This document shows positions 11,603 to 19,419 of a stretch of DNA of 32,000 bases, in pieces. The notes below the pieces were generated by a model, which did not search any database, was not told where the DNA came from, and saw only the letters and a program-made list of their open reading frames with translations. Origin of the DNA: Methanothermus fervidus DSM 2088. GTDB lineage: Archaea; Methanobacteriota; Methanobacteria; DSM-2088; Methanothermaceae. A program made the translations under genes and the position numbers. Every line of letters begins with the position of its first letter. Position 1 is the first letter of the stretch. The stretch covers positions 630,001 through 662,000 of the forward strand of contig CP002278.1 of assembly GCA_000166095.1 (NCBI GenBank). Reading direction: 5' to 3'.

Positions 11603-11960
11603 AATATTTGTTAGTGCGAAAATAAATCCTACTGAAGATAAAGAAAAGGTTAAGAAAGCTATTAATAACATATTTCCTTTAAAACTTGAAATTAACGATG
11701 AAATTAAGGGTAAGGGAGATTTAAGTTGTTTATTAAAACTTAAAGAAATGTTAGCTGAAAGAAAAATTAGAGATAGTGTTAGGCAATTATTGTTAAATAA
11801 TAAAATAGGTAATAAAACTTATTTTTATGTGAATAAACAGGCAGCTTTTGTGAACATTGTCAATATAAGTGATGAGGAGTTATCTCCCTTAGGTGATATA
11901 AAAGTTGAAATAAGAAGTGATGATATCGATAAAATTATTGATTGGCTTACAGAGCATTAA
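11592..11960 (+). CDS. UPF0201-family small protein (predicted RNA-binding, COG1931-like)
   Basis: 122-aa ORF (…KINPTEDKEKVKKAINNIFP…). Overlaps the UPF0200 gene by 11 nt. I recall UPF0200/UPF0201 pairing as a conserved archaeal arrangement. Confidence 0.6.
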   Translation: MNGEIFVSAKINPTEDKEKVKKAINNIFPLKLEINDEIKGKGDLSCLLKLKEMLAERKIRDSVRQLLLNNKIGNKTYFYVNKQAAFVNIVNISDEELSPLGDIKVEIRSDDIDKIIDWLTEH

Positions 11961-12638
11961 TTACGATTTCTTTACTAGTTTAGCTTCTTCTATTCTTAGA
12001 ATTCCATGATAATTAAACCATTCTTTTTTTGCTTTAACAATTTTTATTTTCTTTTTAAATATAGGACAATCTAAAACTAAAGTCTCAGCTTCTCCTCCTT
12101 CAAAAGCTATATGTATTCCATATTTTTTATTAAGTTCTAAAATATCTTCTAATGTTTTATAATTTAATTCTTTTCCTAGCCACGATTTATCAAAACCTTC
12201 TGCAGAAACAGAAGTTATAATAACTTTAAAATTTCTTTTTATTATTTTTTCCATGTAATCTAAAGGATCTACCTGCCAGAAAGGTGCTTTAGCTTTGATA
12301 CCTAAGCGTTTACATACTTTATATACCCTTGACCTTTGGTAATTTGATTCTAGCCCTCCAAAATATAATACGTCAATGTCTAATTTTTTTAAAGCTTTCT
12401 CTAAATCTTTTACTTCTTTTTCTTTTTCTCCTTTTGTTTTTACTTGTATTAGAGGAATTCCAACAGCTTTTGACGATAATTTAGTTAATTCAATGTTTGG
12501 AACATGAAACATGTATGATTCTGGATTTTCTGGGAATACAGAAATAAGATATTTTACTTCTTCAGTTTTAGATTTTAAAGCTTCATATAGAGCCATGGTA
12601 CTATCCTTACCACCTGAATACAATACTCCTGCTTTCAT
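11961..12638 (-). CDS. dph6: Diphthine--ammonia ligase (PP-loop ATPase, MJ0570/Dph6 family)
   Basis: 225-aa ORF with the N-terminal PP-loop motif VLYSGGKDS. Size and layout are typical of archaeal Dph6. Confidence 0.8.
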   Translation of the reverse strand: MKAGVLYSGGKDSTMALYEALKSKTEEVKYLISVFPENPESYMFHVPNIELTKLSSKAVGIPLIQVKTKGEKEKEVKDLEKALKKLDIDVLYFGGLESNYQRSRVYKVCKRLGIKAKAPFWQVDPLDYMEKIIKRNFKVIITSVSAEGFDKSWLGKELNYKTLEDILELNKKYGIHIAFEGGEAETLVLDCPIFKKKIKIVKAKKEWFNYHGILRIEEAKLVKKS

Positions 12639-13414
12639 TTTACTTTAATTCTCCTAACAGTTCTTATTATTGCATCTGAAAAAATTCCAGCAATTGCAAC
12701 TAAAATACCTAAAATTCCTGAAAATAAAACAATCTGTGATTTTGGTGGCATCATAGATTTCACATTTTTAACCTTTTCTTCAACCGGTCCATGGATTCCT
12801 GTAACTATAACATTTTCAGCTGATAACATGTCCAAAACATTGTCAACTTTTGATGCATCAACAGTAATGCATGCATTCACTCTACTAGATTTTGTATATA
12901 TGCCTCCTGTATAAATTAGCCAGTCAGATATTTTTTTTGTTATATTGTTTGGATCTCCACCTTCAGTTTTAATGATGATTTTGCCATTTGAATATACTTG
13001 CCAATCTTTTATATGAGGATCTAAATATTTTAATTTGCTTTCTATAAATTGTTTTCTTTGTTGTGAGAATGGGTCGGTATGCATTATAATCCCTGTTGTA
13101 GAAATATTATGTACTCCTGGTGTGGATTTGATTTTTGAAACAATTGAACCTATATCTACACCAGTAGGTATTTCTACCGTTATAGTTTCAGTTGCATGTA
13201 TTGTGTATTGATAATAGCCCCGTACTAATGATGGAATGTCTGTATAAATAGGTAGTAGTAGGAAAGCACCTCCAACACAACCTAAAATAAAGCTTGTAAT
13301 AAATGCAAATATGATGTTTTTCTTTGAATATGGTATTAGAGAAGCTACTGAAAAAATGAAAAGCATCAACAGAATGTAAATTATAATTATCAATGTTGTA
13401 ATCAATATGTTCAT
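12635..13414 (-). CDS. Membrane protein, 2 N-terminal TM + ~160-aa extracytoplasmic domain + C-terminal TM; function unknown
   Basis: 259-aa ORF. Hydrophobic segments at approximately residues 3-28, 33-57 and 228-250. SD GGAGG upstream. 4-nt ATGA overlap with dph6. Confidence 0.6.
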   Translation of the reverse strand: MNILITTLIIIIYILLMLFIFSVASLIPYSKKNIIFAFITSFILGCVGGAFLLLPIYTDIPSLVRGYYQYTIHATETITVEIPTGVDIGSIVSKIKSTPGVHNISTTGIIMHTDPFSQQRKQFIESKLKYLDPHIKDWQVYSNGKIIIKTEGGDPNNITKKISDWLIYTGGIYTKSSRVNACITVDASKVDNVLDMLSAENVIVTGIHGPVEEKVKNVKSMMPPKSQIVLFSGILGILVAIAGIFSDAIIRTVRRIKVK

Positions 13415-13425
13415 TGTTTACCTCC

Positions 13426-13824
13426 TTAACTAATCTTTGTGAAAATTATTTTATCGCTATTTTGATCATATATTATTTCCCATGTCTCACCTGGATTCAT
13501 GCTAGTAGGTGAAATTAAGTTTGAGTTTTCAGGTATAATATCTATTTTTGTAATGTTGTTGACATAAACACCAGTATCATTTACAGTTATTGTGTAGTTT
13601 CCATCCGGTAATGTGATATTAACCATGTAGCCAGGTCCATTAGTGTACACTAAATTTATGGTTTCAGCTACTTTTTCTCCTGCCATCCTGGCTATACCTG
13701 TTTTACTTACTTCAGTACTATTTAATTCTGAATTTATGAAATATCCTATTCCAGAAATAATTATAGTTGCAATAAGTATGGTTAGAATTATATCTCCACT
13801 TAACACTTCACCTTTTTCATCCAT
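13426..13824 (-). CDS. Small type IV pilin-like protein (class III signal peptide)
   Basis: 132-aa ORF. Start MDEKG|EVLSGDIILTILIATIIISGIGYFI (K-G then hydrophobic helix, Asp at +6). Shares the VYxNGPG motif with the 150-aa ORF at 18966-19418. 5 N-x-S/T sequons. Confidence 0.7.
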   Translation of the reverse strand: MDEKGEVLSGDIILTILIATIIISGIGYFINSELNSTEVSKTGIARMAGEKVAETINLVYTNGPGYMVNITLPDGNYTITVNDTGVYVNNITKIDIIPENSNLISPTSMNPGETWEIIYDQNSDKIIFTKIS

Positions 13825-13836
13825 AGCTAATTCTCC

Positions 13837-15003
13837 TTAAGGTAATCCTAGGTGTTTAAAGTAATTTTTATAATTTGAGGATAAACAAAAAACATAACCA
13901 TAGGGATCATATACATAACGGTATCCTGGTGGAAGCAAACCTGAAGGTAAAAGGAAAAATCTAACATTTGCATCGTTGTCATATGCTACTCCAAAACCTA
14001 ACACTCCATTAAAGTATTCATGATCTATTTTTGAAATAGCGGGGGATGAATCAATTTGTATAACTCCTGGTTTACTTTTATAATCGAGAGGATCACCTAA
14101 AATAAATGTACTTATTCTACCTTTACCATTAGGGCATGTTTTATTTTCTAATCTATCAAAAAATGATAAACCCTGAGGATCATAGAAATAATAAGGTCTT
14201 GATCTATTCAATAAGTTACTTGGGTTATTTGTTCCATTTAAATAATCCCAAAGATGCTGTAATTTGCCTGCACTATCCACATAATCATCAAAATGATAGT
14301 CACTTATGATCATTCCTCCAGGGCCAAAATAGCTAGAATAGTAAGGACTACGCCAGATGACATTACTTTGCCTACATTTAGTGTTTATCCAAATATAAGG
14401 ATCATCTAATCCTTCAATAGAGACATACACATCTATAGGTTCTGTATATCCTTCAAATGCTTGATTTTGTTGCACAACTTTAATTTTTGCAGAAGGGATG
14501 TGTACATAAAAACCAAAAGGTTCAGAGTCTGTTTGATAAATATAAACATCGTTAATATCAAAAACAGCTTGTGTATAATTATCTACAAGTATATCGTTAA
14601 TATATATTTGCCTTCCAGTTTCATTTTCTAATTTTCTACATAAATCTATAGTTCCGTTGTTTAGTGCATTAACAATCAATTTCCTAACATATAAAACACT
14701 ATTATCGGTACTTGTATCATTATAATAACTACGTGGCTGGAAAAATCGTCGTTCGTCTATAACTTTACGAGTAGCATTATAAGCCGCATTACGACCTGCA
14801 TCTTTCACAGCTTTTTGTAAATAAGATTGTATATTATCAGCTACTTTTATAGTTACGTCTCCGCCAATTGCTATAGCTATAATTCTATTAGCTTCATCAA
14901 CTATATGACCATACGCAACAGCTAATAATATGATTGGTATAAGTATTAGAACTGCAAGTGGTGTAAAGGCATATCCTCTATTATCCAAAATTAATCCCTC
15001 CAA
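13837..15003 (-). CDS. Pilin-like protein with class III-type signal peptide, large globular domain of unknown family
   Basis: 388-aa ORF. Start MEGLILDNRG|YAFTPLAVLILIPIILLAVAYG. About 8 N-x-S/T sequons. Overlaps the upstream gene by 13 nt. Confidence 0.6.
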   Translation of the reverse strand: MEGLILDNRGYAFTPLAVLILIPIILLAVAYGHIVDEANRIIAIAIGGDVTIKVADNIQSYLQKAVKDAGRNAAYNATRKVIDERRFFQPRSYYNDTSTDNSVLYVRKLIVNALNNGTIDLCRKLENETGRQIYINDILVDNYTQAVFDINDVYIYQTDSEPFGFYVHIPSAKIKVVQQNQAFEGYTEPIDVYVSIEGLDDPYIWINTKCRQSNVIWRSPYYSSYFGPGGMIISDYHFDDYVDSAGKLQHLWDYLNGTNNPSNLLNRSRPYYFYDPQGLSFFDRLENKTCPNGKGRISTFILGDPLDYKSKPGVIQIDSSPAISKIDHEYFNGVLGFGVAYDNDANVRFFLLPSGLLPPGYRYVYDPYGYVFCLSSNYKNYFKHLGLP

Positions 15004-17027
15004 AGATCTAATCTTACAGGGATAGCATTAGGTAAATTTCCAGTGTATAAAGCTTCTGCCTGTATAGCGTTTGGATCCACATTATACCCTGCACTTTGAA
15101 GTTTTTGTATTAAATTTTGTTTTGCATTTTCTATGGCTCCACTTGCAGTTTCATTAAATGATGTTGCCCATACGTGAGTAAATGTCGTATATATCACAGC
15201 AACCCTAGTACCTGAAAATATCTCAGCATAATTATCTCCAGATTCCCATCCCCGACTTGGACCATAAACTGTAACCCTAACATAGTAATCTCCTGGATTA
15301 CAGGTGTAATTGTCAGGGGTTCCACCACTTGTCAATATATTGTAGTTATTTTGCCTATCTATTGAACCAAGATCTATTGCAAACTGTGGCATGCCATCAT
15401 AGTATAGTTTGTATTGACCAGTTTTTGGATCTTTAACTTCAACAGTTACTCTCTTTGTATCTAAACCAACTCCCATGAATAGGTATATTCTCTTTGCATC
15501 CTGACCAACAGATATCAACCTTTCTTGTGTATTTATATTAGTATCGCTTTGATAGCTATTAAATGGGAAATTCAGCCATTTAACTCCAAGTGAACTATAA
15601 GATACTGAGACATATGAATTCACAAGTCCTACAAAATCATAATCTCCGCCTGGAGCATAATCCCATATAGTTACACGTACCCTATTGTTAACTCCTGCCT
15701 TGAGCTTATCTCCAATATAAATAATCCCTGGTAAATTACCATATCCATCTCCTACTGCACTATAACTTGTTCCATTGTAATTAAAAGAACAGAATACTAC
15801 CTGCCACCCTTCACCATTATTAACTTCAACAACTGCACCATCAACAGATCCATATGGATTTAAGACAACATAGGCATCATGAACTGTTACATTACTAGGT
15901 ATTGGGACATCTGTAACACTGCAGACAGCAGATCCTTCAGTTGTGGAAGAAGGAATATCTCTAAGTCTAAAGACTTGATTTTCTGCATTTGGATTATCCT
16001 TACCTATCAAATCATTCCAGGATATTGTTAATGCTGGAGCAGAAGTTAATTTCCCAGTATTTAAGTCAAAGAAATATCTACTTGTTGGAGCTCCAATACC
16101 AGCTAAATCTTGCAATGGAAATGTTTGAAATGTTACAGTCTTTGGGACTTTTATTGTTGTTGTGTAATTTGCAATCAATGAGAACCATGGCATGTCATAC
16201 GAATATGAACTCATATTTAAAAAAGCAACATAAAATGAATTGTTACCAGGTATTAAGCGAGTTGCATTTCCATAATACATGTAGAAATACCATATATTGG
16301 AATAGTAAAGATATTTAAACGCTGATTTATATGCATAATTATTTTGACCATTTAAAACTAAATTTGCAGAAAATCTGTCATTATTATTACAAGCACTACC
16401 AATAATCCATTTAACAGAGTTTATGGTTGTATTTTGTGGGAGTGAACAATTTATTGGAACTGGTCTTTTCCACCTATCACAACCCCAATAAGGATAGTTA
16501 TAAAGCCCTCCATATCTCCAAGGATTAAAATTAGTAAGCCAGTTATGGAAATTCCAAACTGTTGTTGTAGTATTAATCTGTTTATCTTCAAAAGGAACTT
16601 CTGGAATATAATACCATGCTCTTCCTAACCAACCTTCCTGTGGAGCAGAAACAACCTTAACTCTTGATGCAACATCCTTATGTACTAAACCAGGGATATC
16701 CTTACGAGCAACTTCATGACCATCTATCAAAAATCTATATCCAATATCAGGATATAAAGTCTCATTAAGCTTAGTTCCTATAATATACCCTGCTCCTGTG
16801 ACATTGCCATTACTATACTTAACAGCTGCAGTTATTAAGCTTCCATCTTGTTCTAGAATATTTAATGTGTCTGCTGCTATATCACTCAAACGTTGCTGAT
16901 CACTGCCTATGTATTCAGGTAAAACATAATAATTGAGGATTGAAGTTAGAAATATAAAGACAATTGTAAGAGCAATAATTGAATCAGTTGTAAATATTAA
17001 GCCTTTTTCATCCAACATTGACACCAT
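14991..17027 (-). CDS. Large pilin-like / putative surface-exposed protein with class III-type signal peptide
   Basis: 678-aa ORF. Start MVSMLDEKG|LIFTTDSIIALTIVFIFLTSIL. 13 N-x-S/T sequons counted by hand. Y/W/N/G-rich and poor in K/E compared with neighbouring cytoplasmic proteins. Confidence 0.65.
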   Translation of the reverse strand: MVSMLDEKGLIFTTDSIIALTIVFIFLTSILNYYVLPEYIGSDQQRLSDIAADTLNILEQDGSLITAAVKYSNGNVTGAGYIIGTKLNETLYPDIGYRFLIDGHEVARKDIPGLVHKDVASRVKVVSAPQEGWLGRAWYYIPEVPFEDKQINTTTTVWNFHNWLTNFNPWRYGGLYNYPYWGCDRWKRPVPINCSLPQNTTINSVKWIIGSACNNNDRFSANLVLNGQNNYAYKSAFKYLYYSNIWYFYMYYGNATRLIPGNNSFYVAFLNMSSYSYDMPWFSLIANYTTTIKVPKTVTFQTFPLQDLAGIGAPTSRYFFDLNTGKLTSAPALTISWNDLIGKDNPNAENQVFRLRDIPSSTTEGSAVCSVTDVPIPSNVTVHDAYVVLNPYGSVDGAVVEVNNGEGWQVVFCSFNYNGTSYSAVGDGYGNLPGIIYIGDKLKAGVNNRVRVTIWDYAPGGDYDFVGLVNSYVSVSYSSLGVKWLNFPFNSYQSDTNINTQERLISVGQDAKRIYLFMGVGLDTKRVTVEVKDPKTGQYKLYYDGMPQFAIDLGSIDRQNNYNILTSGGTPDNYTCNPGDYYVRVTVYGPSRGWESGDNYAEIFSGTRVAVIYTTFTHVWATSFNETASGAIENAKQNLIQKLQSAGYNVDPNAIQAEALYTGNLPNAIPVRLDLWRD

Positions 17028-17035
17028 ATTTATTT

Positions 17036-17884
17036 TTAATGTTTAGGCCATACAAACAATTCTAGTCTTGCATTTACTTCTTCAATATACTCTAACTTAA
17101 TCATATTTTTTTCAGTGCCCTTTGGAACTTTTACAATGTAAAAATCCATGGTAGCATTTTTCGTTGCATCTAAAGTGTTTATAATAACTGAATTGGAACC
17201 GCTTTTTAAATAAGTGCTATTTATCTGCACTGGCGTATCGTTGAGATTTGTCTTATCTACAACTATATGACCATTAATATGGACCATAACATTAGTATAT
17301 CCATTATTCTTAATTAATATCCAATAATCATAATTATTTAATTCTGTATCAGAAATTGTGAAATATGTTATATATGGTTCTGGGGCTCCTTTCCATCTAA
17401 TAACATTAACTAGTGAGACTACAACATCTATTGGATATCTATTTACTCGTACTTCTCTTTCAACACGGTAAATATTAGGTACATTACTTGGAGGTGATCC
17501 TAAATCTCTAATAACTGTATTGTTATGATCTACAACCCTCAAATAAAAATCATATTGTGATCCCAGCATATTTTGCACTTGTTCTTTTCTTAGTGCAAAT
17601 AATTTAAAACTTGATAAATGATTTTTTTCAACCACATTATTTCTTACAATTGCTAAACCAGGGATTCCTTGTCCAGTTAAATACCAATCTGGTGGTCTTC
17701 CAGGAGTTTCGACTAATGCATCTGCAACATTGGTTGCTGCTCTATCAATGGATGCATGAAACACTGTTAATTGAGAAAGATAAAATAAATTATCCATAGC
17801 TACAGTTGCCATGCCAAAAATTATTGTCAGTGGTATTAAAGCCAATAATAAATCACTACTTAATACAATGCCTCTTTCTTCCAT
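17036..17884 (-). CDS. Pilin-like protein with class III-type signal peptide
   Basis: 282-aa ORF. Start MEERG|IVLSSDLLLALIPLTIIFGMATVAM. First gene of the cluster. No SD upstream, and the TATA lies about 30 nt upstream of the ATG. Confidence 0.65.
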   Translation of the reverse strand: MEERGIVLSSDLLLALIPLTIIFGMATVAMDNLFYLSQLTVFHASIDRAATNVADALVETPGRPPDWYLTGQGIPGLAIVRNNVVEKNHLSSFKLFALRKEQVQNMLGSQYDFYLRVVDHNNTVIRDLGSPPSNVPNIYRVEREVRVNRYPIDVVVSLVNVIRWKGAPEPYITYFTISDTELNNYDYWILIKNNGYTNVMVHINGHIVVDKTNLNDTPVQINSTYLKSGSNSVIINTLDATKNATMDFYIVKVPKGTEKNMIKLEYIEEVNARLELFVWPKH

Positions 17885-17909
17885 ACATGTACAATTTTTT
17901 TGAATTTTA

Positions 17910-17924
17910 ATATATAATCTTTTT
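17910..17924 (-). promoter_or_regulatory. TATA box/BRE-like element for the pilin-like operon; spacing predicts a (near-)leaderless transcript
   Basis: Minus strand reads AAAAAGA-TTATATAT (17924..17910). Its 3' edge is 25 nt from the ATG at 17884. No SD lies in between. Confidence 0.5.
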
Positions 17925-18149
17925 TATTTAACTCCATCAGCTGGAAGTCTCCATATGAATGTATAGATATGGAATTAAAAAGCATTTACATCAAAAGGGC
18001 TAAGCTATGGAAATAAGTTAAGAATTTATATAATCATGAGAATAAAAATAAGGAAAAAGTCTGTTTGAGAGAAGACATTTACTTAAAGAATAATTTTATA
18101 TAGAGAAATGGTCTCTAGCAAGTTTTCTTGATGAAGCAAAAGTGAGGAG

Positions 18150-18938
18150 TTATATTTTACCAATTATTTTAGTAGGTTTGTTTCCTTTCACAGATAATCT
18201 TCCACCTTCTACTTTCAATTTAACAATTTCACCTTCTTTAACATCAAAATTTCCCTTCTCAACAATATATATATCAGGTAACACATTAGCTCTAATATCA
18301 TAATCTACCTTAACATGCACTGTGTTTTTCCCAACTTCCACAACTTCACCATAAGTATAGTTCCTATAATATTTAATCCTAAAAACATAATACATGAGTA
18401 AAACAAGGAATATTGAAAATAGGATTAAAGTAATTGATGGAAAATATTGAAATGGTGCATATAACACAAAGAGAGGATTATCAGCAATCATAACAAGAAA
18501 AATACCTATTCCTACATAACTCAAGAAAAAATTACGGTATACTTCATAATCCTGAGGATACATAACTCTAATTTGATATTTTAAAATATAATAAATGAGA
18601 CAAATAGTTGCAATGCCAAGGAATAAATATAAGGGTAATGAAAGGTAATTAAAAATGTATAAGATTGATAACAAAACAAAAGTTATTGAAAGAATTTGTA
18701 ACTTAAAAACAGTCTTTTCCTTCTCTTTAATATCCATGATCTTAATGTCTTTAACTATTATTTCTCCTTCATCCTTGTTTTTATTCATTTCCCATTTATT
18801 TTGGAATTTCTTAAACTCTCTTCCTAACTCTCTAATATTTATTCTTTTTATTTTATTTGGTAAATTTACAATTTCAATGACTATAGTTCCCACCAATGAA
18901 CATAATTTCAGAAAATATTCACCTATTTTTGATAACAT
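18150..18938 (-). CDS. Polytopic membrane protein with C-terminal small beta-rich soluble domain; function unknown
   Basis: 262-aa ORF. Charged N-terminal region, about 4 hydrophobic segments (residues ~80-190), and a C-terminal ~70 aa alternating beta-type pattern (GEVVEVGKNTVHVKVDYD...GEIVKLKVEGG). SD AAGGTGG lies 5 nt before the ATG, 27 nt after the upstream pilin-like gene. Confidence 0.55.
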   Translation of the reverse strand: MLSKIGEYFLKLCSLVGTIVIEIVNLPNKIKRINIRELGREFKKFQNKWEMNKNKDEGEIIVKDIKIMDIKEKEKTVFKLQILSITFVLLSILYIFNYLSLPLYLFLGIATICLIYYILKYQIRVMYPQDYEVYRNFFLSYVGIGIFLVMIADNPLFVLYAPFQYFPSITLILFSIFLVLLMYYVFRIKYYRNYTYGEVVEVGKNTVHVKVDYDIRANVLPDIYIVEKGNFDVKEGEIVKLKVEGGRLSVKGNKPTKIIGKI

Positions 18939-18965
18939 TGGACCACCTTTATCTTTGCATAACCT

Positions 18966-19418
18966 TTATACCTTACTAATAGTAATGGATCCTCCTATTG
19001 GCCACTCAACAACAACTGTATTCCAACCTTTATTAAGTTGGATGGGAGGAACATTTGTGAGAGGAATATTTGTGAAATTATACTGAGTAAATGTTGTTAC
19101 ATTGTGAGGCCCGTCACTACATGTTACCTGTAATGTAACATTGTTTCCACTAACAGTTAAGTTTGTGGTATCAGGTACATAAACAGTGACAGTCCTTTTG
19201 GCTCCTGGACCATTTGAATAGACAACATCAAGTGCATGGGCAATCTCTTGAGCAGCTACCTTAGCATCCGATACTTTTGAAATGTCCATACTTGCATCTA
19301 TAGATTTTCCAATCATGGGGATCATCACATATACCAAAATAAAAAATAAAAGTGCTATAATAAGAATATATTCAACTGAGACTATTTGACCTTTTGAATT
19401 CATAAAATCGCCAACCAA
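18966..19418 (-). CDS. Type IV pilin-like protein (class III signal peptide, KGQ-type)
   Basis: 150-aa ORF. Start MVGDFMNSKG|QIVSVEYILIIALLFFILVYVMIP resembles the archaeal QxSxExxxL class III motif. Paralogous to the 132-aa ORF (VYSNGPG vs VYTNGPG). 4 sequons. Confidence 0.75.
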   Translation of the reverse strand: MVGDFMNSKGQIVSVEYILIIALLFFILVYVMIPMIGKSIDASMDISKVSDAKVAAQEIAHALDVVYSNGPGAKRTVTVYVPDTTNLTVSGNNVTLQVTCSDGPHNVTTFTQYNFTNIPLTNVPPIQLNKGWNTVVVEWPIGGSITISKV

Positions 19419-19419
19419 A

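Noticed and set aside
17885-18149. The 265-nt non-coding gap was examined for ncRNA, mini-ORFs and structure. Items seen: 15-codon ORF at 17969, 10-codon ORF near 18046, hairpin TAGAGA-AATGG-TCTCTA at 18101-18117, second TATA-like TTATATAA near 18040.
   Set aside because: The mini-ORFs lack an SD and are too short to support. The 6-bp hairpin is weak and archaeal termination does not require it. The region is best explained as T-tract terminators for the upstream unit plus the promoter of the pilin-like operon.
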